This document shows positions 1 to 14,697 of a DNA stretch of 64,000 nt, piece by piece. The notes under the pieces were generated by a model. That model was not told the origin of the DNA. It did not search any database and saw nothing but the letters and a program-made list of their open reading frames with translations. Each line of letters starts with the position of its first letter. Positions within the stretch are counted from its first letter, which is position 1. Origin of the DNA: Psilocybe cubensis (lineage: Eukaryota); the NCBI GenBank assembly GCA_017499595.2, contig CM039003.1, positions 806,001-870,000 of the forward strand, in the 5' to 3' direction. A program made the translations under genes and the position numbers.

Positions 1-1508
1 GGAATAAAATTTTAACTTCTTCAGCTAACGCTAAACATAAATTGAATGTAAGAACATCGATTCAACTTCGACGGGACTGCTTTAATGTGGCTTGGCGCCT
101 AATTCAAACCTGATTCAAACTGCGCCTGAAAGTTTGAGACATGTGTCACGTGACTGCCTAACAGCTGGCACCGTGCTGCATTTTCTCCTTGCAAACTGCG
201 TTGAACCCAAGTTGAACCGGCATCCGACTCTGAGTACAGCTTTGGTCACAGCACCCCTTTGCCATAAATCACTCTTCTAATCTTTCGACTCGCGGCCCTG
301 GACAGAATTCTAGAAGGTGCAACTCCGGGGTTTGATTTCGTCGATGGTGTCAAAGCAATGGGATCTAAATCCCGCACTGTGGTTCGCAGAAACTCGAGAT
401 ATAAACTGTGTGGGATTTGCAACCTTGGTTTTCTGTTGTTTTTATTATTTTCTTAGCAAGCTCGCTTAACAACAATGCATTGTGGGCAGTTTGGTTCATT
501 GGGCCTACCTAGAGTCGGCTGCGAAGGTTGTCTGTCTTGGTGGAGTCCTCCGGGGACATGAACATTATTCAATGAACTAGAAGATAGTTGAAAACAGGGC
601 TACTCCTATAAGAAGATCACTTATTCATTTTCGGGATCTCTAGCGGCTGTTGCATACGGCTGACAACCTTTTCAGTTCTGTCCCATGTGGCCATATGTGA
701 CGCGGAAAGGCGAACGATAAGGCGCTTACTTTTTGTCTATCCAACTATAATTTTTATTCACCTAAAACTTGGATGGCATGCCTTGGACCCTTGGAAAAAA
801 CTCACGCAACCCCTTGTTTAGGGCTTAAAACGGCGGCTCAGATGCGGAAAGCATGTTTATTTCAATCCTCTGTCGGTTTATCTTTAATGACCAACTCACA
901 ACCTCTCTGTTGCCTTGTATTGCCCAGGTCTGATGCGAGTTCCCGGAGAATATCGAATCACCACATCCATGGCGCCATAAATCAGTGAGCAACAGTTTGC
1001 TTCGATATGTTGGTAAATGAATAAGCTCGGTGCGAGTGGTCGGAAGGATATTGTACAATATACCAAAGGGTTTGATACCGGCCGTGGTAGCATATTGTGG
1101 CCATGTCGTTTAACCGCTCTATTTCGGACGAAGCTCGGTGCGACGAAACGGATGGAAGCAAAAGAAAGTCTAATCGTCGACGAAAGAGCGCTTGTAAATT
1201 TGAAATGAGTGCATTAAATCAATGGTACGTTGTAATTTGATGTAGAAGTGCTTCTATTGGTTTATAACATATCATTCATTCAAGGTAACCAACTTTGCAG
1301 CATCATGTCCCACACCTCTGTGTACTGCGCAATGGCGCAGGGACTTTTCTCCACCACATGGCTCATCAATCACAGACCCCGTTGAAGGACGGACTGGTTC
1401 TCTTTTAAACCCTTATTTTGAACCTTTATATATTTTGGCAGCCACCTCTATTTCAAGTCTGACTTGTGTTTTTCCTACGTTCGAAGGACAAAAGGACTCT
1501 GCACAGCT

Positions 1509-2905
1509 ATGCGCTTAACCTCTTCGTTTTCCATCCTCGCTTTACTCTCGGCGGTACTCGCCCACCCTGGGGAGATTGAAGAGCATGATACCCCTGCAAA
1601 ACACGAATTCCTGCGCTATGCGCAACGCTCTATTGCCGACTGCAAACAACCGCTTTACCTTGAAGGATACGAGACTGCCGCCGTGCAGCGTCGTGCCAAC
1701 CTTGCCAAGGTCCTTCGTGAAGAACGCGGCCTTCCTTCGCGAGAATTCCTTGACAAGCGTGACTTCGAAACTGTGCTCAACACCAGCCACCACTCCAACA
1801 AAACCAACCTTTCTCTCCTCAGCCCATCCAAGGATATCTTCACCGGAGAGTTGCAATGTGTTCTTCAGTCCGAGACTACCGAGGGTCCTTACTGTATGTA
1901 AAATTCCTCCTAAACCAACATTCCTTTACTGATAATCTGTCTCAAGACGTCAAGGGAGAGCTGATCCGTACAAATATCCGGGAGCGCCAGAAGGGCATTC
2001 CCCTTTATATTGATTACCAGATTGTGGACGTCAATACTTGCAAACCTGTACCAAACGTTCACCTTGATTCGTGGCACAGTGAGTCTCTCACTGTACGATA
2101 GTTTCACTTCCCAAATATTAATATCGAGATTTCAAGCAAATGCAACTGGTGTTTACGCTGGTGTTGTCGCACGTGGAAACGGCAATATCAACGACCTCTC
2201 GAATATTGTCAGTGAAGACTTCCAATAAACAGTATTAATTATCTGTTTACCGTTAATAATTTCCTTCTAGAATGCCACCTTTGCTCGTGGAATCACCAAG
2301 ACTGACCGTCATGGCGTTACATTCTTAGAGACACTCTTTCCTGGACATTACACAGGACGTACCACCCACATTCATGTCCTTGTTACTGTTAATGCCACAG
2401 TCGCAAGAAACGGAACTCTTATTGGCGGGAACGTTGCACACGTCGGTCAAGTACGCTGTTAAACTTCATACCCGCCATTCATCCACTCATAAATTGATAA
2501 ACTCGATAGGTCTTCTTCGACCAAGATCTGATCAATAAGGTCGAGGCCTATTCTCCATACACGACCAATCAGCAACCGCTTCTGCTCAATAAGGACGACT
2601 TTATCTTTGCTGAAGAAGCAGCCTCTTCTGACCCAGTGCTCAACTATGTCTGGCTCGGCAGCAAGCCGACAGACGGCATTCTCGCGTGGATCACGATCGG
2701 CATCGACACAAAGGCAAGCTACAACCCGTCGGCTGCTGTCTTCTGGACAAAGAATGGCGGCGTCGTTAACCCTGACGCTCCCTCTGGCCCACCAGGAGGC
2801 CCTGGAGGTCCCGGTGGACCACCCCCTAGTGGCTTCCCTACTGGCCTCCCTCCCCCTAGCAGCACTGTCTCAGCGACCTCTGATCCGACATCTACTTCTG
2901 CTTGA
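1509..2905 (+). CDS. Secreted intradiol ring-cleavage dioxygenase-like protein (multi-exon)
   Basis: Signal-peptide-like start MRLTSSFSILALLSAVLAHP. Spliced motifs TEGPYY, D-x-W-H...NATGVY and FPGHYTGRTTHIHV. Pro/Gly/Ser-rich tail. Canonical introns. Confidence 0.88.
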
Positions 2906-3718
2906 ATTTACAATGGCGGACGACTAATATGGAACCTCCTTTCACACTGTACGTAGCAGCTAGGTACTGGCTGGTACACGGTGGTTGTAAATATAAACTT
3001 TTATGTTCTGAAATTGGAGTAAATGACTGAAGTGATTCCAGTCTGTCGCGTGCTTTACCTGTTCTGCATAGACTGCGCATTGGAATTCGGATTTCTTCTT
3101 TGTATGTGCCTGGTTCTCGTGCTGTATTTCAATATAATTCTGCAGACTTCCCGCGGAATGTATACTGTGCTCGGACTTGCTGATATCCTGTGCCAACCAC
3201 CCGTTGGATCAAAGGATATGTACACGCGACCCAAGCTTTCGATATTGCACGATCACGGAACTCCAGTGATACAAGATACAGCGCCAATCCTTTACAGATA
3301 TTTACTTCCTTGTATGCATAATCATACATTCAATCCGAAGCCTGCCCGTTTGAGGCCCCGACGGACCGAATGTCCTCCACCACCGCCATCACATGCCCAC
3401 ACTCGCAATACGACATAGACCATAGCCGTACTCTCACTCCCCACAGCACCTTGACTCGTTCCAAAAATAAACGCGTCGTTCTGCACCCATTTCCCAATCT
3501 TGCCAAAGATGAAAGCAAAACAAATGGCACTTTGGCTTCTCCTGTCAGATCACTCTTCAATCACCTTCTGGCAGACTTAAATTTATCCCGGCACGTAATC
3601 ATTCCTTCCTTACGTTCTGTTTGCAGTCAGTCAGTTGCCAGTTGGATGGTATATAAGCAGCGCACCGGGCATGGAAGATGAATACTCGTTGCCATCTCAA
3701 GCTACTCGAGCATTAAAT

Positions 3719-5952
3719 ATGCTTCTCCCACTTCTCATTTTTCTGCTGCCCAGTCTACCTTTTTCTGCCAGCCTCAGCGTCACAAGGTCTACAGATTCGT
3801 CGGCGTCGCTCGTCGGGCCCTCAGTAACACTCGATTGTACGCACCCTAGCACTCTTCGCAAAAGCTAACTGATATACGTTACTAGATGGGACGTTCAACG
3901 GGCAGAGTGACGAAACGACGGGTATAATATCTTTCCGTGGTGTACGCTTCGCAGATGCTCCAACTGGTGATCTAAGATGGAGAGAGGCAGTATCTCCACC
4001 TTCGAAACATCTTGGAAAAGTTGATGCAACAAAGGTATTATTGAACATTGATTGGCCCCCTCTTCCTGAGAAATAAATTTGAACATATGTTTTGTCTCTA
4101 GTTTGCAGACGGGTGCATTGAAACGCCTCAAAGCTCGGTTACAGCGGGAACGTCAGAAGACTGTCTATTTGGAAATGTACCTTCCTGGATTTCGAAACTA
4201 CCTTGTTCCCTGTGCTGAACCGTTCGATTTATCCAGGTGTTCATTCCTATCAACACTACTGTTAACGACCGGCTTCCTATCTTGGTGTGGTTCCATGGTG
4301 CGGATTACTGTACACTTGTCTTCACTGGGCTGATAAGTTTGATCTTTTTAGGCGGCGGTTTCCAACAAGGCAACACTCATAATGCTCCCCCGGAGCTCAT
4401 CATGCAATCGTCGACGCAGCCACTGATATTTGTCTCTTTCGAATATCGGCTGGGGCAATTCGGGTTTCTTGGTGAGATGAATCACATCAAGCAGGAACAT
4501 CATCTAATAGTTTACAATAAGGCGGACACCAGATCAGGGAGGACGGAGTAACAAATGCCGGTCTATTAGATCAGGTACGTTTTATCAATATGAACGAAAG
4601 TGTTCGGAGAGTTTTACCGCTGAGTTAGAGAACTGCGTTAAGATGGCTGCAAAGATACATTGGAAAATTCGGAGGCGATAAAAAGTAAGCCAGTGTCTCT
4701 TTATGTATTGTGGGAAATTCATTCATCAAGCGCCCAAATAGGCGGGTAACCATCTGGGGTGAATCTGCTGGTGCAGGGTCTACTATGTTCCAGGTAATCA
4801 ATTCTCCACGCCGTCCAGGGGGTTAAAGAAAATAAATTCTCCTATGTTTCTCTGTCCAGCTTGTCGCAAAAGGTGGCGACAACGAGGGCCTTTTCCATGC
4901 CGCCATGGGCGACAGTCCGTCGATGAGCTTCACTCCCGAGTTTGACCAAGCATACGACGAAGGAATATTCCAGCAGTTCGCAGATCTCGCGTACGCCTCT
5001 CAGTCTACTGAACCTCCTATTACTTCTCAGTAATCTTTCATCTCACTATCTAGGGGTTGCGCTGATAAAGGCGATGATACATTGGAATGCCTCCGCGCGG
5101 CAAGCTCGCAAGCACTCACCCTCGCAGGAAGCCAGCTTCTCGCTGCACGCCCTTCAACCCTCTTCGTCTTCGCACCGATATTCGACGAGACTTTCATCAA
5201 CGAACGTCCCGTAGAAGCCTTCAAAGCCGGGCGCTTCTCCAACGTACCGGTGCTCTTCGGGTCCAACACCAACGAGGGCGCCAACTGGTCTGCATCGCTC
5301 AAAGACGCAGCAGCAAACACTTCAATGCCAAACGCGACGGAGGTCACCGTGTTCAATTTCTTGCTAGGACAATATGCCAGTTTGACCAATGAGTCGTTTG
5401 CTCGCGCGATGGATTTGTACCCGTTAGAGACGTTTGGAAACTCTTTCAGTTTACAAGGGCAGCAGATGTATGGAGAGGCCCGGTATATTTGTACAGCAGC
5501 CATGATAACTGGTGCTGCAGCTCAGAAAAACAAAGCATATCAGTTCCAGTATGTCAAATATATCTTTCTTTTTGCACCTCTTATCTTATCATGTTTATCA
5601 GCTACAATAATCCTCACTTGGGATCAAATCACGGAGCGGAGCTGGATGCATTCTTCTCCCCGCCTTCAAACTCAGACAGTTCTGACCAAGATCTCTTCTC
5701 AAAAATGAGAGAATTCTGGACATCATTCGTCACCACAGGAATACCTACCTCGACAGACAGCACCACTTGGACGGTAAGCCCACCTCTATTTATTTATTCC
5801 GATTTCTAAAAAAGTTATTGTAGCCTGTAAGCGACAGTCTTGGTAATCCACGCATTCTCCTCCAGCCCAATGGCATTGCTATGGAGCAATTAGGATCACT
5901 CAGCGATAGATGTACTTTCTGGCATAGTCTTAGCAGTGAGATCCAGACTTAA
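3719..5952 (+). CDS. Type-B carboxylesterase/lipase (alpha/beta hydrolase), secreted, multi-exon
   Basis: Hydrophobic N-terminus MLLPLLIFLL. FRGVRFADAPTGDLRW, SEDCL, VWFHG-GGF, EYRLGQFGFL, nucleophile elbow WGESAGAGS (~4755-4781), GSNTNEG, NHGAEL. Stop TAA at 5950-5952. Confidence 0.9.
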
Positions 5953-6366
5953 GCTTGGGCCTGTTTTGACTTGATAGGTAGCAAAATATACATACTCTAT
6001 GTCTTTTTTTTTCGGTCTAAAATGACTGATAAATTTTGGATTAGAGCCCCTAACCAGGGAAACGCGTCGCGTTCAGGTGGTCGCGTCGTGGTGTGACTTG
6101 AAACATAAATGACGTCATACGCTAACTTTAAGCTCCGATGCCAATCAAGACCACACAGTGTCACACCGCCACTGCCACGCTGTCATATGTTGCGGGCGAG
6201 GCAGAGACATTCCCCAGCCACCGCAGATAAGATTTGTTTTGGACTTGTTAAAATCCACCAGATGATAGTTGATGATATTAGTTACATTTTGGATATGATA
6301 CAGCTTTGGGTATAGTACAGTGTTATTTTACATTCCTCCAACGGTGATCGTACACAGGATTGCCAC

Positions 6367-7547
6367 TCATTCAGAGTCGACTAGCTGGTCTTCACAATCC
6401 TCATACTGGCGAGAACAGACCATCAGCACAAAGTTTACAAAATGTAATTTTAAATCACCAACCTCATTTTTCCAAACATCCATAACCTCTCTCGTCTCCT
6501 CCATAAGGGAATCGCCCATATCACTCACATCCGTCCCATACCCCGTTTGTTCACACAGTAAACAACACCCTTTGGCAAGGGCGTGTTGTTGAGCACTGAT
6601 ACGCTGTGCGAGCCCAGGATTGTTCCGCCCACATTCAGCTTTATACCGCCGGACAGCGTCCGCCATTACTTTATCGATGGCCTTCAAAGCCTCCTCGGCG
6701 AGCTCCACAGCGTGCTCCGAGCGTTCATCAGTGGATGGATCCTTGGCCTCCTCAACGAGGGTCATAGTTGGTGGGTATAACGAGGTCGCAGAAGACCCTG
6801 AAATGGGGCGGTCATGATGGGCATTGACCTCATCAATGAACTCATCCACAAGGTTGTAGAGGATGGTATAGGAGACTCTGCCTAAGCCAGGTAGTCTTTT
6901 GCGTGTGTTGGGCACTTTGGCGTTCAAACAAGTCTTTTGAAAAGGAGAGAAAATTTAGAGGAAGATGACGACATGGAAGAGGTGCGACTCACCAGTAATG
7001 CAGTATGCACATATTCAAGCTCATTGAGCCAGTCGAGGTACAGCTCCGTCTCGAGAAGCTTGATTTTCTTCGACCCCTTTCGCTTCATCACAGCCGCCTT
7101 GGCAGAGTGCATCAGACGCCTGACCAACAGTCGAGGAGAGATTTCATCTACAAAGTACACAAGTTCAGCTGACGGCACACATCGAAGCACACCATCAACT
7201 GAGTCGCAGTACCTCTAGGCAAAGTCTTCAGAGCCGTAATCGCATCGTGGTTGGCGGGTTGGGCGACGATGCGCCGCAGAATCTTCTCCAGGTCCATCTC
7301 CTTTGATGGGCTTTTAGGAGTATCTACACGTTCTGTACCAAAGTTGTTAGATTGATATTGATAAAGCGGGTGGCCCGTACGTACGGCGTTTCCGAGGTGA
7401 CTTCCATACGCTAGGGGAGGACGAAGGTGAACTCTCATCTTCGTCAAGGGTGCGGTATCGTTTCCGCACTGGCGTCTGAAAGAGCTCTGTATCGCTGGAG
7501 CATGGTAGTTTGCGAGGGGAAACACTTTGCAGACGGGTGGAAGGCAT
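6367..7547 (-). CDS. Hypothetical protein; exon model uncertain, possibly disrupted
   Basis: Chain of protein-like minus-strand ORFs (7347-7547, 7148-7340, 6924-7190, 6367-6927) separated by intron-like segments. I could not join 7340-7150 cleanly in frame. Confidence 0.45.
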
Positions 7548-7624
7548 AGATGGTACAAGGCAAAGTGACAACAATGGACTGATGGCATTCAACAAAGTAA
7601 ATGACTTCTTTAGGGCAAGCTCAC

Positions 7625-7683
7625 ACGCGTTTCAACAGCACGTGACTCTCCTCCAATGGCATCCCACCAAACAAGGGACGCGT
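7625..7683. promoter_or_regulatory. Two ACGCGT (MCB-like) sites and a CACGTG site upstream of the minus-strand hypothetical gene
   Basis: ACGCGT at 7625-7630 and 7678-7683, and CACGTG near 7639, about 80-135 bp upstream of the ATG at 7547. Confidence 0.3.
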
Positions 7684-7821
7684 CAAACACGCCTTTCGGG
7701 AACTTTTTGTGCCACATTCTCAGAGAGGGTTTTCATTAACAAAATAGCATTTAGTACTTTACAGAGTCTAGGGAAGAACATGTTTACGTATCCTGATACC
7801 ATAAAGCTCCCCTGAACGAAA

Positions 7822-10800
7822 TCAAAGCTTAGCCTTGACCTTACGAAGCTCCTTTGCTTGATCGCGTAACACGCGACGAAGCAGCTTCCCGCTAGGCGAT
7901 GTTGGGATCGCCGACACAAACTCAACTCCCCCAACCAAATGCTTATAGTGAATCTTGTTTTGGGCAACGTGCTATGCAGAAAAACGCGTGTTCAAGGTAC
8001 GTGTCCAGCATCGAATCTTAGGCAGGAACTTACCTTGATAATTGACGCCTTGATTGCTTCAGCAGCAGCAGCGCTTTGGCTTGCCCGCTTTGACGCGTCT
8101 GCTGTGAGTACCACGTAAGCAAGGGGGACCTCCCCACCTATGTTCATACCTATCAGAATCGATGCAAATCAGGCATATTGAAATGTACACACTGTATTCA
8201 TCGGGAATGCCAACGACACAGGTGTTGGAGACGTCAGGGTGGTCAAGTAGGCAACCTTCCAGCTCCGCAGGTGCGACCTGGAATCCTTTTACCTTGACAT
8301 ATATGTTAGGTTTGCAGTCCCCATACCAATAACTAGCGAGCTAAAATTACCTTCATGATCTCCTAGCAAAACAGACATCAAGGATCCAAGCATTGAACAC
8401 AACGTAAACGGCCAGGTAGTCAATTGAGACACTAACCTTTAGCCTATCCAACACAATCATCTCCCCATCTTCCATAATCTTTACCTCATCCCCCGTTCTT
8501 ACCCATCTACAACGAGTTTAAATCGCGTCAATATAGATCCAATAGAGTTTGCTAATCTCGCCGCCAACGCGACCAATCTAGCAGGTTTACGATATAGCGG
8601 ATTAACTTACCCATCAAGAAATGTTTCTTTAGTCCTATAGATTAAAAATAAAGATGTGTTAACTCGAGCATAACAATCATAACACCGAGATAGATGCGAC
8701 CCAGGGTATATCCAAAGGGGGAGATAAATCATCATGAAGCAGAGGAAAAGGACGGTGTTTAAGGGGAGCAGCAAAGAAACGAGAAACTTACGCTTCAGCA
8801 TTATTTGCGTAGCCCAGCGCGACAGAAGGCGTCCATACGATCAGCTCCCCAGCCTCTCCATAGTCCGCCAACGTTCCATCCTGCTTAACGACGCGCGCTA
8901 CAATGCCAGGTAGCAGGTGTCCGCTACCTACAGCATTCCGAACATCAACACATTAGCTTTTTTCAAGACATAAACATAACAAGTAGTAAATATGCACGTA
9001 CTTCCGGACACACCTCGTTTTCGTGTAATAGGCCACATCGTAGTAGCAGTGCACGTTTCCGTCATTCCTGTATTGCAATGTTTAGATTATCAGAATTTGG
9101 TTCAAGATCACGTATAGACCCCCAAAACACAAAATACCGCAGACATACCATAAGCTTGACCAATATGCGCATCGGGGAACATGGAAAAGAGTTGTTGGTT
9201 CAGTTCATGCGAAAGCGGTGCAGCCCCACACATAATCATCCGGATGTGCTTTCGAAGATCATATTTCTTCGTCGCTGGATGCTACAACCAACTAGCGTCA
9301 ATTACCCCACTCCCCAAACCAAACGGCTCTCAACACCGCGTATCTACAAAAGGAAGGCTCACCTTGCACAGCAACACCACCTGCGGAGGCACAAGCCTAC
9401 ACAGAGAAATGATCGTCGACGTCGACTCGCAGTCAGCTAAAGATAGCCTATCTCGGAGTAGTGGTAGATCTTACAGGAGATGGCTAATCCGATGCCGAAC
9501 GATGCTATTCAGCATCTCTACGAAATTGAACTTCGGAATTACCACAAGAGACATCTAGATAGGGTGGTTGCGGGTAAAGGTTGTTGAGCATTACAGCAGC
9601 GCTCGCAACGCTATGTGACCAAAACGCATTGACTTACTCCACAGAACAAAATGTAGTGTAGCTAGAAATACCATCAATTAGCAAAAATAACGTTTTATTG
9701 GCGCCATTGCTCATGATTTGCTCTGACACAGAGGGGATAAAAGTAGACGCACATTAATGACAAGACCATATATATCTGAGAATGCAGTAATGAATGCTTA
9801 GCTCATGGCCGTAGAAAACGTCAAATCAAGCAAACTCACGATAGAAGGGCAACACTAGGCAAGAGTAAAAATATCCAAATGATCAATATAAAGACTTAGT
9901 ACTATATCACCGAGCCAGTGGCGTTGAAAGTTACAATACGCACCTCCTATCGCGACATCCCCAGGACGAAATCGTTGGTCATTCCAGTCGCAGTAATTTT
10001 GGTTCACCTTGTTGTGTGCTGCTATTTGAATGACATTCGCGATCAACGCGAAGTGAGGGATAGCGACAGCCTAGAATAACATACAAATTTCTCGGTCAAT
10101 GATCGCTTCAAATTGATTGATGATGCTGCAAGAATAAGATGAACAATTCACTGACCTTTGGTCGCCCAGTAGTGCCTGACGAAAAGCTCAGGAATGCCAA
10201 CTTGGTCTTCGCCTCGCCAGGAGCCAGCCGCCTCTCAACATACCCAACCTTATTCTTCATCCCAAACTCCACCAGGCTGCTGATTGTCTCGTGGCTGCTG
10301 CCCCGAAGCACCTCTCCGGAGGTAGTGTTATGACTTACGTCAAACAACACGACGCGCGCAGATGGGAGACCCGCCTCGCGTGCTGCGTCCAGTGCGATTG
10401 ACAACGACTCCGGGTGGACCATGATGACAGCGGCATTGGTCGCTTGCAATTGATACAGCAGCTCACTGCTCGTGTAATCTGGATTCGCGCCACTGGAAGG
10501 TAGACAAGATGGGAAGTAGGGTAGGTTCCATTTCAGCCCCCGCGTCCTGCCGCGGCGCACTAGATGGCGCGAAGAGAAGGGTAGGTTACTTACGATATGA
10601 CACCCCCGAGTCTGTGTACTGCCCAAATGGCGACAGGGTAGTCTGAGAATCATCACGTATCAGCGCCGGGAGAAGGATATGAAAGTTCTGTAGGAGTGGA
10701 TTCTGGAAAGCACGAGTATGTAGTACTTACCGACATGATTGCGGCTGAAGACGAGAACTTAACAAGGGAGAGCTTCCATGAGCAACATGAGGCATAGACG

Positions 10801-11221
10801 GTGAAACATTGCTCGTACCAACGTCGTTCTCTCCTGCAAGCACCATGTAAATGTTGAGTTCACGGTGGCAAGACCCACAATCGATAGTATGAATGCTACA
10901 CACCGATATTATACTTCAAATGTAGTCCATTCGCAAGCGCGTGAGTACGAGCTCGCAACTAGTCATTGGATTAGGACAATATCAGCAGAATATCCAACAA
11001 ATACGCACCTCTTCCTCTCCAAACTGCTTCCCATTGTCATCCTGAATCAGCCATGGCACTCCAGCACGCCTTTGTGGGCGACATTCATGATCCGACTCGA
11101 AGATAAACTGCGGTATCGTCATATTATCAGGAATAGGGGGTAGAGGTATACCCAGGGCACGTCGCTCCCTTGACTTCATCGATGCAGGCAGAGACGCGGT
11201 GGTGGTATCTATTGAAGGCAT
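7822..11221 (-). CDS. 4-coumarate:CoA-ligase-like / phenylacetyl-CoA-ligase-like AMP-binding enzyme 1, PTS1 (AKL)
   Basis: LPPIPDNMTIPQF start, FLSFSSGTTGRPK P-loop, KVKGFQVAPAELE, IPTSPSGKLLRRVLR, C-terminus ...KVKAKL* (TGA 7822-7824). TATAAA-like site ~11272. Confidence 0.9.
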
Positions 11222-11717
11222 TGTTGTTACAAACGTTTCAATCGAGAAAAGCGTCTTGTAGCTCTCTCGCGCTTTATATCAGCAAAGCAACGTTCAAACT
11301 ACCCTCTCCATTCCATGCCCATTTGGTCATCCTTCTTTAGGTGTGCACCCGGAACCGGCTTACTGGAGAAAAAAGGCAAGTTCCCTGACCTTACGTATCA
11401 GGTGGTCGGGCAGTCAGCAAAATGTGTGTGTGTCAGTATATCGACCAAAAAGAGACCGTGGATCACGCATATTGAAGTCAGCAGGGACGCGTCGACAGAA
11501 TACTCTCTTCCCACTTTTCGGTCTTTTCCGCAGTTGTGTAATTTTGAAGTCAGGTTGTCATGCTTAAGCAAATATATAACCAAGGCAAAGGGAGGCATAG
11601 GAATTATTGTGGATATTCAGTTGACCAAGAGTTGAATTGAAAGCTGAAGCGCTGACAGCTGAGGTAAAGGGTAAAATTAATAATTCGATAATATAACTTT
11701 AAACCGCTTCGGCAACT

Positions 11718-14697
11718 CTACAATTTTCCCCTCGCCAATGGAGGGTGAGAATCAACATTGGAAATCTGTGACATCACTGCTTGCCGTAAAATTCTCCTCA
11801 AGATTTTGCCACTGCCGTTCTTCTGTAAAATTCGGACGACAGGGTTAGTTACGCAACAGTTTCAAGTCTGAGGTGTCAACAAGAAAGATGATATCCGTGG
11901 ACTACTTACCGGAATCTCGTCGACGATGCGAACGCCGCCTCGTAGGTGTTTGTGTGTAGACTTTCTATTTTCCACATGCTAAACTCGAAACAATAGAGCA
12001 AGTCTCGATAAGCCTAAGAAAAGATCATTAAGAATAGTGCCGAACCTTGATTAGACTGTCAGTCAGATATGTCTCCACGCACGAGCCGTCTGTCAGTAGC
12101 TCCCTGGCTGCCGCTGTAAGCACAACCAAGGCCATTGGTGCCTCGCCACTACGATTGTTAGGGATCCCAATGACACATGCTTCGGCCACGTCGGGGTGAG
12201 ATAGAAGGCAATCTTCAAGCTCTGAGGGCGCCACCTGAAATCCGTTTACCTTCATAAACTCCTGAGAGTTTGTCAATTGTAAGCCACTCATTATGGACCG
12301 TGAACGACTTGAGTCGTAATAGTGTATACCTTAAGTCGATCGTGTACGAATACCTCTTGATCATCCGTCATGGTAACTTCGTCTCCTGTATGAACCCAGC
12401 TTGAAGAAATGAACGTTATCAGCCAGTCAGATAGTTATTGCAGACAAATTACCCATCAATGAAAGTCTCCCTCGTGCTGAAGCAAAGATAAGTCAAATCA
12501 AAAATACCAGTGAGAAATTCAGTGACTCGAAGTACGTACGCTGCACTATTGTGGAGGTAGCCCAGTGCCATACCAGGACCTTTGACCACCAGTTCTCCTC
12601 TTTCGCCGTATCGAGCAAGGCTACCGTCGGGCTTCAGAACTCGAGCATGGATTCCTGGGAGTAGTTTACCACTGCCTGGTGTATTTCAGTTTCTGCAGTT
12701 ATTTTGGGCCATATCAAAAATAACCCACTTCCCAAAGAGCCGCGTTTTTGAGAGCCAGAAACCATTGCCAATGACACAGTCATTTCAGTAAGACCTACTG
12801 TAAAGTCAACTAGAAGTATGATAGCCATACAAACCTCACGTACCGTAAGCCTGTCCAATCTGTGCAGCAGGAAAGACATCACACAGTCTATTATGTATAT
12901 CCATTGATAGAGGAGCAGCGCCTAAGTATGAGGTCAATCTATACTCAATAACAGATAAAACATGCGCCTTGTCACCTATCAGAACATATTTGATGTGCGT
13001 GAAATTGTACCGTTTAGCTACCGGATTCTACGCTGACCTCATTACAGTCGGGTATTAATTAGCTGATACAGACACGAACCTTGGTAAAATGGATCGCTAT
13101 CGGTGGAACAATACTTAATTGAATTTTGCCTTCAGTGAGTCTCGACACAGAAGGCGCTACTTGCAAAAATGTGGCACATACATCAGGTGAGATATTCTAT
13201 GCTTGAATATACTCTGGCACAATGCAGGAAAGTCGTATTTTGGTACGACCACAACAGTCATCTAGATCTTATTAGGCAAATAGACTCTTTCTTACATATA
13301 GCAGTCAACTTACTGCACAGAATAGTGCCAAGTGAAGCTAGATTGACGAAGTTCAGCCGAGTTAGCCGGGCGAATGACGTAGGTAAATGCAACCACTGCA
13401 ACTCACAGAGATAATCAATCCTGCGACGTCTGATCGTGTTTGGTTCAGCGAATCTATTGGAGTATTATCACGTTCTCAAGACCCACGATAGAAAGGCAGA
13501 ACTATAATTCAGCCTAGTTAACACCGAGCAATTAAATATCGACATTTGGTAAGAATTCTTACCTCCTAATGAGACATCACCTGGTCGATACGTCCAAAGC
13601 TCACGCTGGCATGGTGCTCTGTCGACGTGATTGTGAACTGCCATTTGAATGATATTCGCAATGAGAGCATGGTGTGGAATCGCGACAGCCTATAGCAGAT
13701 ATAGAATGGATCCGTTACGATCAATCAGGAAGACGGATGGATGTGCTGAAAAATCGTGCCTTTGGCATCCCTGTAGTACCCGATGACCAGCATAGGATCG
13801 CTATCTTTGTCTTGCCTTCCCCTTTTCTTAACTTCGTCTCATGAAATGCCCTAGGATGAACTCTGCCTTGCCGTATAAGGTCAGGCACATTTCGAAAGAT
13901 CTGATAGTCGTAGATGACACCGAAATTAGTGTTAGGATTGTCAAGAATGATGATTCTGTTAGTTGGCACCCCAGCCAGACTTGCCGCCAGCACCGCTACT
14001 CCGAGAAGGGTCGAGTGTACGAAAATGTAGGTTACCCTTGCGGTCGTCAACTGATAGGCCACTTCTTCCGGTTTGAATTGAGGATTTGAAAATCTTTATG
14101 TTGGATAGATATATGAGAGCTTCAGAAATGTAACGATTGGCAAATTAACGTACGAGACAACGCCGCCTAGTTTGTGAAAAGCCCATACAGCGACTGGGTA
14201 ATCTATAAGCGCTCGCATGAGCTCAGTGTTCGGATGTAGAATGTCCATGCATACATATATCATTTGGGCTCAGAATCAAAGCTAAATAATCGTAAGTGCT
14301 AAATCCATGGCTATGAGTAGAGGATAAACCTACCTATATCCTTTTCCCCTGCAAAATAGACACGATTGTGGGTTTGAGCGCTTGTGCCGGTGTTCAAATT
14401 TAAATAGTTGTATACAGACCGAGATTGAAAGCCAAATAAAGGCCGTTCGCAAGATCGTCGGTCTGAGCTTTGAGCTGATCAAATTTAGCCTTTAGTTGCC
14501 GACTCAAGGTCCACAAAATTGTATTCACTCACCGATTCAAAGCTCACCGACCGTCCTGAAGTATCATCTATGAGGCAGGGCATAAGGTTGCTCCTCGTTG
14601 GCCGTATATCATGTTCATAATCCAGCATAAATTGAGCGATAGTGAGGTTATCAGGGATATGAGGGAGAAGCTCCTTGTCTGTGTGAAGCTCAGCCAT
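11718..14697 (-). CDS. 4-coumarate:CoA-ligase-like AMP-binding enzyme 2, PTS1-like (GKL)
   Basis: LPHIPDNLTIAQF, LCWSSGTTGMPK, WVHTGDEV, MKVNGFQVAPSELE, KNGSGKILRRILR, C-terminus ...LARGKL* (TAG 11718-11720). Confidence 0.88.

Noticed and set aside
1-1200. Short repeated words (GTTGAACC, AAGCTCGGTGCGA, GCCATAAATCA) and small ORFs
   Set aside because: Too short and unstructured to support an element or a gene.
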